Notes: a model not told the origin generated them from the sequence alone. 64,000 bases of DNA from Fibrobacterales bacterium (GCA_051532055.1 JAOPTX010000007.1:32001-96000), one strand, 5' to 3'. Shown: positions 29,927-41,410, numbered from the stretch's first letter. A program made the numbers and translations.

Positions 29927-31732
29927 TTAGAAGTTCGTGCATTTTCGTGCTTGATAGAATTTACCACCTTTAATTTTTAAGATAGTTCTTCCATCGTTAT
30001 ATCCTTTTTCGGAGTTAAACTTCATATTACCATAGACCCCTTTAACGGTCTTTGCACTCCGTAACTTATTAACCACATTTCCACCACCTTTTTGAATACC
30101 CCACAGTATAAACCGAGTTGCATTATAGGTAAGGCCAGAAACTCTATCCTTGTCTGGATTGACACCCCATCTCTTCAAATACAATCCTTTGAATTTTTCC
30201 CATTCTCTATTTTTATCGTGATCAACAAGCGAAGTAGAAAAGTGTGTATTCTCAACGTATTGTTTACCCTTCTTGAGAATCGTTTTACTATACCATCCAG
30301 AAGATCCCAATAGATCGGCGTCTACTTTATTAAAATAGGCTTGGCTCGCAAGTACAGAAGCATCCTCAGGATCACTTGCGGCTATAAAAAGTGCATCAAA
30401 TGATATGGTAGAATCAAGTAACCACTTCTGATTTTCATCTTCATCAAATTCACTGGTATCGCGCACACCAGAAATAAAATCTCTCTTTCTATCAAGATTA
30501 AACTTTTTAAGACGCAGTACATCATAATTAGCTCGGTAGTCTGCAAGACCTTCTTCGTAATACTCTTCAAAGAGTACTGTTCCACCAAATTTCTCTACAA
30601 CCTCTTTAAAGTTCTCAGCCATTATAGATCCGTAATCGCTGTCAGGCACAAGCACTGCATACTCTTTATGTTTTTGACAGTTAACACTAAATCGAGCAAT
30701 AGATTGCGCGAGATAACTTGGAGAAGTGTTTATTTGAAATATATTTTTCCCCAGTCCTGCAATACCAGCATCAGTAGCAGTAGGAGTAATCAAAGGAACA
30801 TGAGGGTATTTCTGACTCAGCCACGCCCCCAATGCTGCTGCTGTAGGGCTCATCACAGGCCCAATCACCCCTGCGATGTTATCCTCGAGCATTACTTGAG
30901 ACACCTTTTCAATAGCCTCTGCAGGGTGGGCTTTAGTGTCTAATACTCGATATGATACTTGCGCATCAGGATAGCGATCATTGTGCTTTTCTATTGCTAG
31001 AATCGCACCTTGAACCACAAACTGCCCCAATGCAGCATAGTCACCACTCAACGGAGTAACAATAATAATAGATTCAATTCCTGGACCCTTAGATAGAAGG
31101 CTGTTGCGTTTCTCTTCAGCCTTAGCTGTGAGACTATGCCCTGGGAACTGTTGCATAATGCGTTGTAGGTAATTACGCGCTAAAGTATACTTCTTTTTAC
31201 TCTCATAAATTTGCGCAAGTTGAAAAACCATGGTGCCCACAACTTCATTATCAACAGGATTACTGTTAACTAATTTAAGAAGTTCCTCTTCATGCAAGAC
31301 TTGTGCTTTTAATAGCTGATTCATGAGGGTTCGAGCTTCATTATACAGATAGTTCCCCACTTCAAGAAACAAAACTCGCATCGCCTTTGAAGCTCCTTGA
31401 TAAAAGAGACCCTCTTGGATATCAATTTTCCCTTGCAACAAACTCATTCGATGAATATATCGACTATCAGGGTAATAAGTAATAAAGTTGTCAATAGCCT
31501 CTTTTGCCAATGAGATACTATCAATTCTTACATAGACCTCAGAAAGAAGTACCAATGCTTCTTCTCCCTCTTTTGTGTCCCAACTGTTTTGCAATACACG
31601 TTTTAATGGTGTGATAGCCTCTTTAAAAGCACCAAGCTGTATTTGTTGTTTTCCCTCAATTAAACGTTGCTCATTTTTGGCAAACGTAGTTGATAGGGTA
31701 ATACATAACATTATAAGAAGTAATTGTTTCAT
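29927..31732 (-). CDS. TPR + type I periplasmic-binding-fold protein (LpoA-like PBP activator)
   Basis: Signal peptide, N-terminal TPRs, 'PLSGDYAALG' and 'VIGP' of the LpoA/Leu-binding fold; downstream of murJ. Confidence 0.7.
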   Translation of the reverse strand: MKQLLLIMLCITLSTTFAKNEQRLIEGKQQIQLGAFKEAITPLKRVLQNSWDTKEGEEALVLLSEVYVRIDSISLAKEAIDNFITYYPDSRYIHRMSLLQGKIDIQEGLFYQGASKAMRVLFLEVGNYLYNEARTLMNQLLKAQVLHEEELLKLVNSNPVDNEVVGTMVFQLAQIYESKKKYTLARNYLQRIMQQFPGHSLTAKAEEKRNSLLSKGPGIESIIIVTPLSGDYAALGQFVVQGAILAIEKHNDRYPDAQVSYRVLDTKAHPAEAIEKVSQVMLEDNIAGVIGPVMSPTAAALGAWLSQKYPHVPLITPTATDAGIAGLGKNIFQINTSPSYLAQSIARFSVNCQKHKEYAVLVPDSDYGSIMAENFKEVVEKFGGTVLFEEYYEEGLADYRANYDVLRLKKFNLDRKRDFISGVRDTSEFDEDENQKWLLDSTISFDALFIAASDPEDASVLASQAYFNKVDADLLGSSGWYSKTILKKGKQYVENTHFSTSLVDHDKNREWEKFKGLYLKRWGVNPDKDRVSGLTYNATRFILWGIQKGGGNVVNKLRSAKTVKGVYGNMKFNSEKGYNDGRTILKIKGGKFYQARKCTNF

Positions 31733-31868
31733 CTAAAATCCTGCTTAGTGTGCAATATAAGGGCAATAGGCGATTTATCAACACCTCGAATAAATATACC
31801 TAAATATGAAAAATTTGTAATTTCCGGCCTAATCTTGTTAGACAATAGGCCAATTCTTTACGATACTG

Positions 31869-33419
31869 CTACTGCCTTATCTTTGACCACAGACTCTTCT
31901 GAAGCCCTTCAACAGCTTCTACTCTCAATGCAAACAGTGCCCCCATAAAAAGTATGAGGAGACCAACACCGCCACCGATAGTTTTTACAGCAAGTAATAA
32001 TTTTCCTGATTGACTAGAAAATGCGAGATCAAAATAGAGCGAACCGAGCATATAGAGACCTATTGCAGGTATCACTACTTTAAGGAGAGTTACAGCTGAA
32101 GACCAATAGACCCTATCCGGGTAGATAATGAGCCATGTCACAATAAGAACCATAAATTGAGCTACCGAAAGCAACGCTGATATAAGGGGGATTTTTATAA
32201 TTCCGATGGAATCAGGAACTATAGAATAAAGCGGAAGTGAGGCAAAAAAGAGCCCTAAGGTAATAAATGAAGGGAGCCATGTTCGTTTATCTGCATAAAA
32301 AGGCCGTACTACCAATAATTGAGCCGACATAGGTACCGCTGCAATGAGATAAAAACGCAGTGCCTTTGCGGTTTCTTCTACTTCATTAAACCGGCCATAG
32401 TGGTAGACCAGCTCTATTACCGGCTCTGCAAAGAGGTAGAGGATAACAACCGAAGGAATAAGTAGGGCAAATACTTTATCAAGAGTGCGTGCAGCGAGTT
32501 GATTCACTTCCTGATATTTTGATTCACTACAGAGCCGTGCCATATGAGGATACGATGCAACACTTATTGCCATGCCAAATACTCCAACGATTACCATTGC
32601 TATGCGGAGTGCATAACCCAATATAGCCACACTATTAGAGTTATCCATACCAAAATACCGATAGACAAACTCATTGGAAAAAGTCATTCCGGCAGCGACT
32701 ATAAATGGAAGAGATAGGAGAATGTATTGTTTTACTATAGGATCCCGCAATGATATGCGTAGCGTTATCACAATACCGGTTTTTCGTGCACCAAAGAACT
32801 GCAATAAGCCACTACCAAGTGCTGCCCCAACCAATACCCCCCAGCAAAACCCTTCAAGACCATTTCCACCCAGACTAAAAAGCCCTCCAATAATTATCGA
32901 ACTATTGTAAATAAGTGGTGCAAGAGCGGGAAGGGCATAAGAATACTGTGCGTGTTGAACACCTATAAAAAGCCCTCCAGCAACAAAGAACAGTTGGCCA
33001 AATATAATAATTCTCGTGTAAGTAACAGCAAGAGCAAGTGTTTCCGAAGGTATTGGCTTATCACTCAAATAGGGGAGTAATTGGTCAGCATAGATCCAAC
33101 AAAGCGTTGAAAAGACTACCATAACCCCACTAATTATAAAGAAAATATTTGAAAATGTTTGAGAAGCTTCTTTTTGTTTACCCTCTTTAAATAGAGGTAG
33201 AATAAGTGGTACCAGTGTGATAGATAAATATCCACTCGCCAAAAAATGGTTTAATAAATCAGGAAGAAGAAAAGCAAAATTGTATGCATCTACCTCAGCT
33301 GAAGCGCCACCCACATAAGCCAATAGCCAATTACGTACGAGACCCAGTACTCTACTCAATAAAATTGAGAGCGTAATGATTGCGGTACCCTTTGCAATAC
33401 TTGTAGGTTTAGAGCCCAT
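31869..33419 (-). CDS. murJ: Lipid II flippase
   Basis: SRVLGLVR, DAYNFAFLLPD, multiple TMs, RPFYA. Confidence 0.9.
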   Translation of the reverse strand: MGSKPTSIAKGTAIITLSILLSRVLGLVRNWLLAYVGGASAEVDAYNFAFLLPDLLNHFLASGYLSITLVPLILPLFKEGKQKEASQTFSNIFFIISGVMVVFSTLCWIYADQLLPYLSDKPIPSETLALAVTYTRIIIFGQLFFVAGGLFIGVQHAQYSYALPALAPLIYNSSIIIGGLFSLGGNGLEGFCWGVLVGAALGSGLLQFFGARKTGIVITLRISLRDPIVKQYILLSLPFIVAAGMTFSNEFVYRYFGMDNSNSVAILGYALRIAMVIVGVFGMAISVASYPHMARLCSESKYQEVNQLAARTLDKVFALLIPSVVILYLFAEPVIELVYHYGRFNEVEETAKALRFYLIAAVPMSAQLLVVRPFYADKRTWLPSFITLGLFFASLPLYSIVPDSIGIIKIPLISALLSVAQFMVLIVTWLIIYPDRVYWSSAVTLLKVVIPAIGLYMLGSLYFDLAFSSQSGKLLLAVKTIGGGVGLLILFMGALFALRVEAVEGLQKSLWSKIRQ

Positions 33420-33422
33420 AGA

Positions 33423-34226
33423 TTAGAGGAGTACCTTTGAGGTCGTAAAGCCTGAAATGAGTATAGCTATCATTGATGCAACTACTGCTGCTTTTGTTGC
33501 TTTGCCCACTCCAACTGCTCCATTGGTAGCAGTATATCCAAAATAGCATCCAAAACTTGCAATAAAAAAACCAAATATTAGACTTTTACTGAGGCCAACT
33601 GCAAGGTCACCATTAGTATAAAAAAGGCGTACCCCATAAAAGAAGAGGTCAAAGCTGATTCCTTTGAAATGAGAAACAGCGTATCCACCTAAAATTGCAA
33701 CAAATGAAGAGAGGACCGTTAATACTGGGAGCATAATGAGAGTTGCTACTAATCGAGGTGCAAGAAGAAAACGATGTGGATTGAGGGCGAGACAGTGCAT
33801 TGCATCCAGCTGTTCAGTCACTGCCATTGTGCCAATCTCGGCACACATAGCTGCTCCGATACGACCAGCAAGCACCATACCGGTGAGCATGGGCCCTAAT
33901 TCAAGCATGACTGATTTCCCTACTGCCATTCCAACATACGTCAAAGGGATCATATCTGCAAATTGATAAGCCATCTGCCATGCAGTTACCGCTCCTGTAA
34001 ATACTGAAGTGGTCAGGACCAGTGGGATGGAAGTGATACCAATAGCATACATCTGCTCAACCGTAAGGTGAAAGTTAAATATCACCATATGTACATTCAT
34101 TAACAGATTTTTAATAAATGAAAAATAGCTATAGAGCCTGCCAAGAAGTCCTCTGACATTTGAACCGAGCAATATTGCCAATTCATCAAGTATAAATGGT
34201 TTTGCTTCTTGCACTATTGTACCCAT
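33423..34226 (-). CDS. mlaE: MlaE-family ABC permease
   Basis: ELGPMLTGMVLAGRIGAAMCAEIGTMAVTEQLDAM; GAVGVGKAT. Confidence 0.93.
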   Translation of the reverse strand: MGTIVQEAKPFILDELAILLGSNVRGLLGRLYSYFSFIKNLLMNVHMVIFNFHLTVEQMYAIGITSIPLVLTTSVFTGAVTAWQMAYQFADMIPLTYVGMAVGKSVMLELGPMLTGMVLAGRIGAAMCAEIGTMAVTEQLDAMHCLALNPHRFLLAPRLVATLIMLPVLTVLSSFVAILGGYAVSHFKGISFDLFFYGVRLFYTNGDLAVGLSKSLIFGFFIASFGCYFGYTATNGAVGVGKATKAAVVASMIAILISGFTTSKVLL

Positions 34227-34275
34227 CCTCTATATGAGGCACAATGTAGCAATCTCAATTTTAGTTGTATAGAGA

Positions 34276-35124
34276 TCATTTGCCCCCCCTTTTTAAAACA
34301 GGTCGAATTATCCCATATAAGATAACTACAATACTACCTATTTTTAGAATACCGACCGGTTCACCAAATGCAGTAAATCCAGCTATTACTGGAAGTACCA
34401 TTCCAAGTGCCGCAGAATAAGCAACAAGAATCGTTGCACGCCCATGGGCAAAACCAAACTGAAACAAAATGAATGCCGTCACAAAAAAGAGGCCATGAAG
34501 CCACAAATAATATTGCGAGATCAATGTTACTAAATAAGATATTATAGAATCTAGGGAATCGATAGTCATAGCATCAAAATCAGATACAGGAACAGCATAG
34601 GACGAGGCCTTCAAAGTAATTGCTGCAAGTCCAAATGCAAAGCCCGATACAAGGGCATAACGAAGCTCCTTATTTTTGAGGGAGAATAGCACTCCCATTG
34701 CGACAACCAATGTTGCAATAAGGATATTTGTCGCGCCTTCATCAAATGAAGCTATCGAAGAATCAGAAACGATTCCAAGAATCAATACTCCTGCTATCAC
34801 CAATATTGTTGCCTCGAGGGCAGAGCGATCGAGGCGCTCTTTTAAGAGGAGAAAGGCCAAAAAACCTGTCACTATCGGGTTTAATGACATCACCGGCTGT
34901 ACTAAAGTTATCCCCCAATGAGGATTAACCAGTGCATAGTTATAGAGCATGGTACCAGCAGCACCACAAGACACTCCCAATAGCCAAAAGGGACTTTTGA
35001 GAAGAGCTAATACTGGATGCAAAGAAGCACTTTGAGGCTCTTGCCTTACCTGATGCCCTTTCTTTTGTAAGATATTTCCAAAACCAAGAAGAAGTACCGC
35101 ACCAAGTGCGACCACAAAGGCCAT
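34276..35124 (-). CDS. DMT/EamA-family membrane transporter
   Basis: Multiple TMs; LQK, 'LVQPV', 'LLKERL', 'FGE' motifs. Confidence 0.75.
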   Translation of the reverse strand: MAFVVALGAVLLLGFGNILQKKGHQVRQEPQSASLHPVLALLKSPFWLLGVSCGAAGTMLYNYALVNPHWGITLVQPVMSLNPIVTGFLAFLLLKERLDRSALEATILVIAGVLILGIVSDSSIASFDEGATNILIATLVVAMGVLFSLKNKELRYALVSGFAFGLAAITLKASSYAVPVSDFDAMTIDSLDSIISYLVTLISQYYLWLHGLFFVTAFILFQFGFAHGRATILVAYSAALGMVLPVIAGFTAFGEPVGILKIGSIVVILYGIIRPVLKRGGK

Positions 35125-37466
35125 TATCGATTGCCCCAGATCATCTGATAGGTCCAGTAATTCCCCATCACCTTCTTAAGATAGTCACGAGTTTCCCAAT
35201 AGGATATTTCTTCTACGAACATCTCCGTGTCCAGGTGTCCATTATTTTCTTTCCATCTCTTTGTCGGGCGCGGTCCTGCATTATAATTAGAGAGAACAAG
35301 ATATTCATTATCCCACTTTTTCATGAGGTCCCCGATATAACGAACACCTAATCTGATCGCGAGATAGGGATTAAATAAACGTTCAGGATCAAAATCTGCA
35401 ATATTTTCTCGACGCGCCAGCTCTTTACCTGTTGCAGGCATTATCTGCATAAGTCCATGAGCCCCTGCAAATGACTCAATATCACTATCAAAGATTGACT
35501 CTTGCCGCATCAATGCTAATATAAAGTATGGTTCTACATCCATCCTTTGTGCATGATAGGTCACCTTCTGGAAATAAGGTCTCAGGTAAAGCAATTCCAT
35601 AAGTGGTCGTGGTGGACTCATAAGTTCTCGACGATCTAAACGCCATGCCATCTGCCTTGATATTCTATAAGATTGCGCAATATGACCATACCGAAGAAAG
35701 AGCTTAGAGAATTGATACATAAAGTCGAGACGTCCCACTTTAGATTTATAGAGCCGCTTATAGCGAAGCTCTGCCTCATTCCAACAGCCTAGAGCAAGTA
35801 ATGTCTCTACCTGCAGAAGCTGGGAAGGATCGAGGACTGTCTTTTTATTTTGCTGATTTTGTAACCAGGCAACCGTTTCTTCTTCCGTATATTCCAAAAG
35901 AGTTATTGAAGGAATAGAATCTTCAACCATGAGTGAATCTTGAATAAGATAATGCCGTGCTCTATGAGCATAATATCCAACAGGATAATCTTTAATCGTT
36001 TTTAAAAACCAATTTTTAGCCTCACGTCTGTTTTTGAGCTTTAAATATGATCTCCCCAAATAAAAACGAGATGCCGAGGCAGGCCACAACAGGTCGGGTT
36101 TTTTAATTACCCTTTTGAATCTCTTAATTGCAGACTGTAATCGATTACGCTTAAACTCCACATACCCTTTCCGAAATCCAATCCATTTTCCTCTTTTAGT
36201 ATCATATTTTGAAGGGGGAAATTGATCGTAAGCCTTAATAGCTTGAGCAAGCTTATTATCTTGTTCAAGCTCAAACCCCTTGGTCCACTTAATCTCCAAT
36301 GCTTTTGTATGTTTGGGAAAGCGTTTAGAAAACTGAGTATACCAATAATTAGCGCTTCTTGTTTGTTTAAGAGATCTATATGAGCGTGCTAAATTGAGGT
36401 AATCATTTGCCGTCGCCTGCTTTGCTGCTTTTTTTACAAGCCATTTATAAAGTACTATTGCTTTAGTATATTGAGATGTTTTTCTGTAGCTAAAGGCAAG
36501 TTTTCTATTAAACGAAACCTTTGTTGCCCATTTGGGCTGACGTTTTAGCAAGGTTTGTAGATGGGAGATCGCTACAGAATAGTTCTTAAGTTTAAATTCA
36601 GTTTCAGCTAAGGTACTTTGCAAATAAAAATCATCGGCCCTCTTTTTAAACGCGCCAGTCATTGCAGTATACGCCCACTTAAGCAGTGACTTATTTTTCG
36701 TCGCCTTGAGAATAGCATAACAAAGTGAATCTCCAGTAGCCACAAACCCTTGTGCAAAAGCGATATGCGCCTCTTCCTTTAGAAGAAGAAATTTATTGTA
36801 CTTTCGTTTAGGGTCAAGGTCCTGTATGATTGAGATCAAAGAATCTTTTTGAATAAGAAAGTCTTCGTACTCAGCAAGAGTATCATTACTCCAAAAATGC
36901 TCACTACTTATTTTTGACGCTAAAAAGGTCGCTGTCTTTGAAAGCTCATCAACCACATTATCTTTTGAGTCTGTCGTAGAAAATTGATGATAATAGTTTT
37001 TAAGTACAGTAAATGCCATTCGGTATTCTCTTAGAGCAAAATATGACCGATACAAATAAAGAATCGCTAATTCCCTATACGCCTCACTATAGACAATACT
37101 CCTCTCAAAATGGGTCAATGCATCACGATACTGTTGCATCCTATACTTGCGCATCCCTGTAATAAACATCTCAGCAAGGGGATCTATTTTAGCAAGATCA
37201 TTCAGTGATTGAGTATCAACCTGAGCATGCCAATATCTTTTTTTAAACTCCTCAGCCGAAAGAAGAAGTGTATCAACTACAACCGGTTGAATAATAGAAA
37301 TTTTCTCATCTGAGCTTACCGAACTATTTTGATGAGCCGTTACCGATTCAATAATTTTTTGTGTAGTAGAATCTGGAGACGCAACAAAACTTTCACCAAC
37401 AGAAAGGTCTGTTGATGAAAATGCATAGGTCATTAATAGAAATACCACAATCCCTACTCGGACCAT
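35124..37466 (-). CDS. slt: Soluble lytic transglycosylase (Slt70-like) with TPR repeats
   Basis: MRQES catalytic Glu, GLMQIMPAT, YNAGP, ETRDY. Confidence 0.92.
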   Translation of the reverse strand: MVRVGIVVFLLMTYAFSSTDLSVGESFVASPDSTTQKIIESVTAHQNSSVSSDEKISIIQPVVVDTLLLSAEEFKKRYWHAQVDTQSLNDLAKIDPLAEMFITGMRKYRMQQYRDALTHFERSIVYSEAYRELAILYLYRSYFALREYRMAFTVLKNYYHQFSTTDSKDNVVDELSKTATFLASKISSEHFWSNDTLAEYEDFLIQKDSLISIIQDLDPKRKYNKFLLLKEEAHIAFAQGFVATGDSLCYAILKATKNKSLLKWAYTAMTGAFKKRADDFYLQSTLAETEFKLKNYSVAISHLQTLLKRQPKWATKVSFNRKLAFSYRKTSQYTKAIVLYKWLVKKAAKQATANDYLNLARSYRSLKQTRSANYWYTQFSKRFPKHTKALEIKWTKGFELEQDNKLAQAIKAYDQFPPSKYDTKRGKWIGFRKGYVEFKRNRLQSAIKRFKRVIKKPDLLWPASASRFYLGRSYLKLKNRREAKNWFLKTIKDYPVGYYAHRARHYLIQDSLMVEDSIPSITLLEYTEEETVAWLQNQQNKKTVLDPSQLLQVETLLALGCWNEAELRYKRLYKSKVGRLDFMYQFSKLFLRYGHIAQSYRISRQMAWRLDRRELMSPPRPLMELLYLRPYFQKVTYHAQRMDVEPYFILALMRQESIFDSDIESFAGAHGLMQIMPATGKELARRENIADFDPERLFNPYLAIRLGVRYIGDLMKKWDNEYLVLSNYNAGPRPTKRWKENNGHLDTEMFVEEISYWETRDYLKKVMGNYWTYQMIWGNR

Positions 37467-37485
37467 TGAGGGTTCCCCACCTTTT

Positions 37486-39273
37486 TTAAATTTCGACAGT
37501 TGTAACTATTCCTAACTGAGAAAACTTCTCTGCCAACTCTTCATACAGAGTTGAGTGTATCTCATCTGCTGTACAGAGTTGCAACACTCTATTTGCTAAC
37601 TCAAGTGATTCTGAGTATGATATTGAACGTATCACTTTTTTACACTCAAGAATTGCATTTGCAGTCATAGAAAGTTCATCTACTCCCATCCCCAACAATA
37701 ATGGTACAGCATATGGATCGGATGCCATTTCACCACACACCGAAACCGTTATACCATTTTTATGACATGCATTTACTACCTTACGAATCATCCGCACAAC
37801 CGAAGGGTGAAACGCATCATATAAAAATTTTATTTTTTCATTTGAACGATCTACAGCAAGAGTAAATTGGATCAAATCATTAGTACCAATACTGACAAAA
37901 TCGACTTCTTGAGATAATTCATGAATTAACTCAACTGCAGAAGGAATCTCTACCATTGTCCCCACTGGAATCGCTTCATTAAAAGGAGTTCCTGAATCCC
38001 GAAGTTCCTGACGCGCTTCTTCGAGAAGGCGCTTTGCTTCACGGAGCTCTTTCAGGCCTGAGATCATAGGGAACATTATTTTTAAATTACCAAATTTACT
38101 CGAACGCAATAAGGCTCGTAATTGAATTTTGAAAAAGTCTGGCTGATCAAGACAGACCCTAATTGAACGCCAGCCCATTACTGGATTATCTTCATCAGTA
38201 AGGTTGAGGTCTTGAACAAGTTTATCACCACCTGAGTCAAGTGTCCGGATCGTAACCGGCTTAGGACTCATATTTTCAAGAAGATGTTTATAAGCATAAA
38301 ACTGATCATCTTCACTTGGATTTGGTTGATCAAAATAAAGAAACTCTGACCGAAATAAACCCACACCGTTTGCACCATACTCTTGTACATCATGAGCATC
38401 AATAGGTTGCACAACATTAGCATACAGATTGATATACTTACCATCAGAGGTAATAGGATCCAGACCAACTTCTTTTTGAAGGTCTTCATCATGCTTTTTA
38501 AGTTTATTTTTTCGTTCTGTATAAGTTTCGATATCATTATCATCAGGATTGATAATGACCAATCCACGCACACCATCAACAATGACATAGTCACCATTGC
38601 GCACCATGAACGATAAATTTTTAAGTCCCGATACGGCAGGAAGCTGCATCGAACGAGCCAAAATTGCAACGTGAGAGTTTTTACCCCCAATATCTGTAGA
38701 AAACCCGAGAGTAAAGTCTCGATTTAAATGAGTAAGCTGTGACGGAGTAAGTTCATGACTAACAACAATAGCCTCTTGATTGATTACCGATATATCAGAA
38801 TCGTCTTCAAGGCTTCCAAAATTACTTAAAACTCTATTAAACACATCCCGTAAATCACTGACTTTCTCTTTAGCGATTTCACTCTCTTTTTGCTCAAACA
38901 TACCAATAAGACTTTGCATATAGGTTTGAAAGGCAAACTCTGCATTTTTCTTCTCTGACCTAATAATGCTTATCACATTATCAATAAGCGTACTATCTTG
39001 TAGAATCATGATATGGGTAGAAAAAATTCTGGACTCTTCTGCCCCAAGAGTCTGAGTAATTTGAGCTTTAAGAGTGGTCAACTCTTTAATAGATTTTGCA
39101 ACAGCATATTTAAATGTTGAAATCTCGAATGCAACATCCCCAATTGCGATAGTACGCTCTTCCACTGTGGAAACCTTAGTTTTCAACAAATGAACGGGCC
39201 CCATAGTTATCCCAGGAGAAGCTGCTACTCCATAGAGCAACACTCGTTTTCTTTTTTTAAATACCTTAGTCAT
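37486..39273 (-). CDS. ptsI: PTS enzyme I (PEP-protein phosphotransferase), no GAF domain
   Basis: GGKNSHVAILAR phospho-His, GLFRSEF, SIGTNDLIQF, VCGEMA; start overlaps the ptsH stop. Confidence 0.95.
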   Translation of the reverse strand: MTKVFKKRKRVLLYGVAASPGITMGPVHLLKTKVSTVEERTIAIGDVAFEISTFKYAVAKSIKELTTLKAQITQTLGAEESRIFSTHIMILQDSTLIDNVISIIRSEKKNAEFAFQTYMQSLIGMFEQKESEIAKEKVSDLRDVFNRVLSNFGSLEDDSDISVINQEAIVVSHELTPSQLTHLNRDFTLGFSTDIGGKNSHVAILARSMQLPAVSGLKNLSFMVRNGDYVIVDGVRGLVIINPDDNDIETYTERKNKLKKHDEDLQKEVGLDPITSDGKYINLYANVVQPIDAHDVQEYGANGVGLFRSEFLYFDQPNPSEDDQFYAYKHLLENMSPKPVTIRTLDSGGDKLVQDLNLTDEDNPVMGWRSIRVCLDQPDFFKIQLRALLRSSKFGNLKIMFPMISGLKELREAKRLLEEARQELRDSGTPFNEAIPVGTMVEIPSAVELIHELSQEVDFVSIGTNDLIQFTLAVDRSNEKIKFLYDAFHPSVVRMIRKVVNACHKNGITVSVCGEMASDPYAVPLLLGMGVDELSMTANAILECKKVIRSISYSESLELANRVLQLCTADEIHSTLYEELAEKFSQLGIVTTVEI

Positions 39274-39535
39274 CTTCGTTAAACTTGTCCTCAAATATTT
39301 TCTGTAAATTGGCAAAAATCTCTTCTTGATTTTCCCCATCGAGCTCTACATCTATTACTGCACCAGGTTCAATTGCGAGCATCATAATATTAAGAATACT
39401 CTTAGCATTTACTCTGGTATTATTATAGTTAAAAAAGACTTCTCCAATTGAACGTGAGGTCACATCAACAATCATTGAAGCTGGACGGGCATGTACACCC
39501 AATTTATTCTGGACAGTTAGGGTCTCTTTCATCAT
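39266..39535 (-). CDS. ptsH: Phosphocarrier protein HPr
   Basis: GVHARPAS (His15) and NAKSIL (Ser46). Confidence 0.95.
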   Translation of the reverse strand: MMKETLTVQNKLGVHARPASMIVDVTSRSIGEVFFNYNNTRVNAKSILNIMMLAIEPGAVIDVELDGENQEEIFANLQKIFEDKFNEDD

Positions 39536-39550
39536 ATAGTATTGTTTCTT

Positions 39551-40468
39551 TTAAAAAATGTCAACGTTTACATCGAGTCCATCATCTATAATCACATTAA
39601 ACAGTGAATCAGTTGAGATGAGGGTTGTATTTAATTTATTATAAAAGGCGGTATCATTGAGCATCGCCCCTACAGTATTATCAGTCGCTTGAAGCTTCTC
39701 TGATAGCACTAATAGGCGATTGGTCAATGAATCAACCTTGGTCAAGAGCACTTTTGTTTTAGTGGTACTCTCGGTGGTCTGTTTCAAGAGCTGTTCTAGG
39801 CTCCCCATATTATTATCTAAAAACTGATTTACTTTAACTGATGCCTGTTTTAAATTACCCAAACTACTTTGAAGTACTGGATCGGTATCATCAATCATTA
39901 TCTCAAGCCTATCTTCAAGTCGTTCTGCCTTGGCAAAAATTGACTTAAAACTCTCTTTAAAACGATCATTTGCTACAGTCGAATCAAGTACCTCTTTAAC
40001 TACTTTTAGTAGTACTGCTGTTGAATCAAAGACCTCACCTGCATATCCCATCACTTCAGCAATTCCTGCATCAAAATGCCCTTCAATTTGGTCGCCTTTT
40101 TTAAGGTAATTAGGTGAGTCTCCCAGGCTTATCACCACCTGACGTTCTCCCATAAGACCAATATTGCGTACACGAAAATCAGAATTGACAGGGATGCGAA
40201 TACTATCAATTACATCAAGAGTTACAAGAACTTTTCTACTTGCCTGATGCAGAGCAATATGTGCAACTTTTCCACTTTTTACTCCATTAATTTTAATGGG
40301 GTCACCAGGCTGTAATGTACTCACTTGTTCAAACATTACGAAATACTGCACCTTGGTCTCTCGAGGGTCTTGTTCATCAAGAAACATTATTCCAAAAACC
40401 AGAATAATCAGTGCGACTATAAGCACCATACCAACTACAAAATATTTACTCTTATCACTTGCTTTCAT
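39551..40468 (-). CDS. mlaD: MlaD/MCE-domain protein
   Basis: N-terminal TM, LQPGDPIKINGVKSGKV, GLMGE, helical extension. Confidence 0.88.
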   Translation of the reverse strand: MKASDKSKYFVVGMVLIVALIILVFGIMFLDEQDPRETKVQYFVMFEQVSTLQPGDPIKINGVKSGKVAHIALHQASRKVLVTLDVIDSIRIPVNSDFRVRNIGLMGERQVVISLGDSPNYLKKGDQIEGHFDAGIAEVMGYAGEVFDSTAVLLKVVKEVLDSTVANDRFKESFKSIFAKAERLEDRLEIMIDDTDPVLQSSLGNLKQASVKVNQFLDNNMGSLEQLLKQTTESTTKTKVLLTKVDSLTNRLLVLSEKLQATDNTVGAMLNDTAFYNKLNTTLISTDSLFNVIIDDGLDVNVDIF

Positions 40469-40519
40469 ACATTACTCTTAAACAACCAACAACGCGCTAG
40501 TCAATACCCTAAATGTAAT

Positions 40520-41410
40520 TCAAAAATCGACATTAATTGTCAATTCTTGCGCTAAAATCACATCTTTCACCTTAAATGCACTGATTTTCAGACTCTCAAG
40601 GTTTTTGTGAAAGCCTGGATCAAACAATGCTTTGCCAAGACTATTCTGCTGTGTCATAGCCTTTATTTTCTCTTCTTCAACGATATCTGAAAGGCGCTCT
40701 AGTTTTCCAATAAGAAGCTCGCTCCTTTGTAAAACTTGGTTAAAATCTTCAGAAACTGTTTCATGATCAAATTGAGCAATTTGTCTCTCAATTGTATTCA
40801 ATCCGTACTCTATCGACTCAATGGTAGAGACTATAGTAGATTCACTTTCCCGAGCAACAGTGTTCGCACGATCTATTAATTGTTGTGCCTTTTGCTTTAC
40901 CCTCACTAGGGCATTCTTCGATTCATCACTAAACACAACTGAATCAAGGGCACCCATAAGTGTTGTAATAACGCCTTGGGTCTGTCCTATTAAAGCTTGG
41001 GCTTGTCGAGCAAGGCCTGAAGTGCCCTTATCACTACTTGCATAAATTGTACTCCCAGGCGTGTACACCGATTTACTCTCACCAAGAAGCACGGCAAGTA
41101 CTCGTTCACCAAGAAGACCATTGTTCCGGATAAACACCTTTGAATCAATAGGAATCGCAATACGATCATCAATAGCGGCCTGAATTTGTATATACTCTCC
41201 AGCCTGCTCAAACGAAAGTACCTCACCATTAGCTAATCCATTCACCGTCACATCGCTTCCCAATGCTAATGTGTGGATTTCAGTACTCAATATTGAATAT
41301 TTTGATGTTCCAAATCGTGGTGAATTGGGATGATACATAATATAGAGAAACCCAACAATGAATACGATGGCCGCCACCCCTATATAGAATACAGTATCAT
41401 TCCTATTCAT
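40520..41410 (-). CDS. mlaD: MlaD/MCE-domain protein (second paralog)
   Basis: TM, LALGSDVTVNGLANGEV, GLLGE; C-terminus INVDF resembles the paralog's VNVDIF. Confidence 0.82.
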   Translation of the reverse strand: MNRNDTVFYIGVAAIVFIVGFLYIMYHPNSPRFGTSKYSILSTEIHTLALGSDVTVNGLANGEVLSFEQAGEYIQIQAAIDDRIAIPIDSKVFIRNNGLLGERVLAVLLGESKSVYTPGSTIYASSDKGTSGLARQAQALIGQTQGVITTLMGALDSVVFSDESKNALVRVKQKAQQLIDRANTVARESESTIVSTIESIEYGLNTIERQIAQFDHETVSEDFNQVLQRSELLIGKLERLSDIVEEEKIKAMTQQNSLGKALFDPGFHKNLESLKISAFKVKDVILAQELTINVDF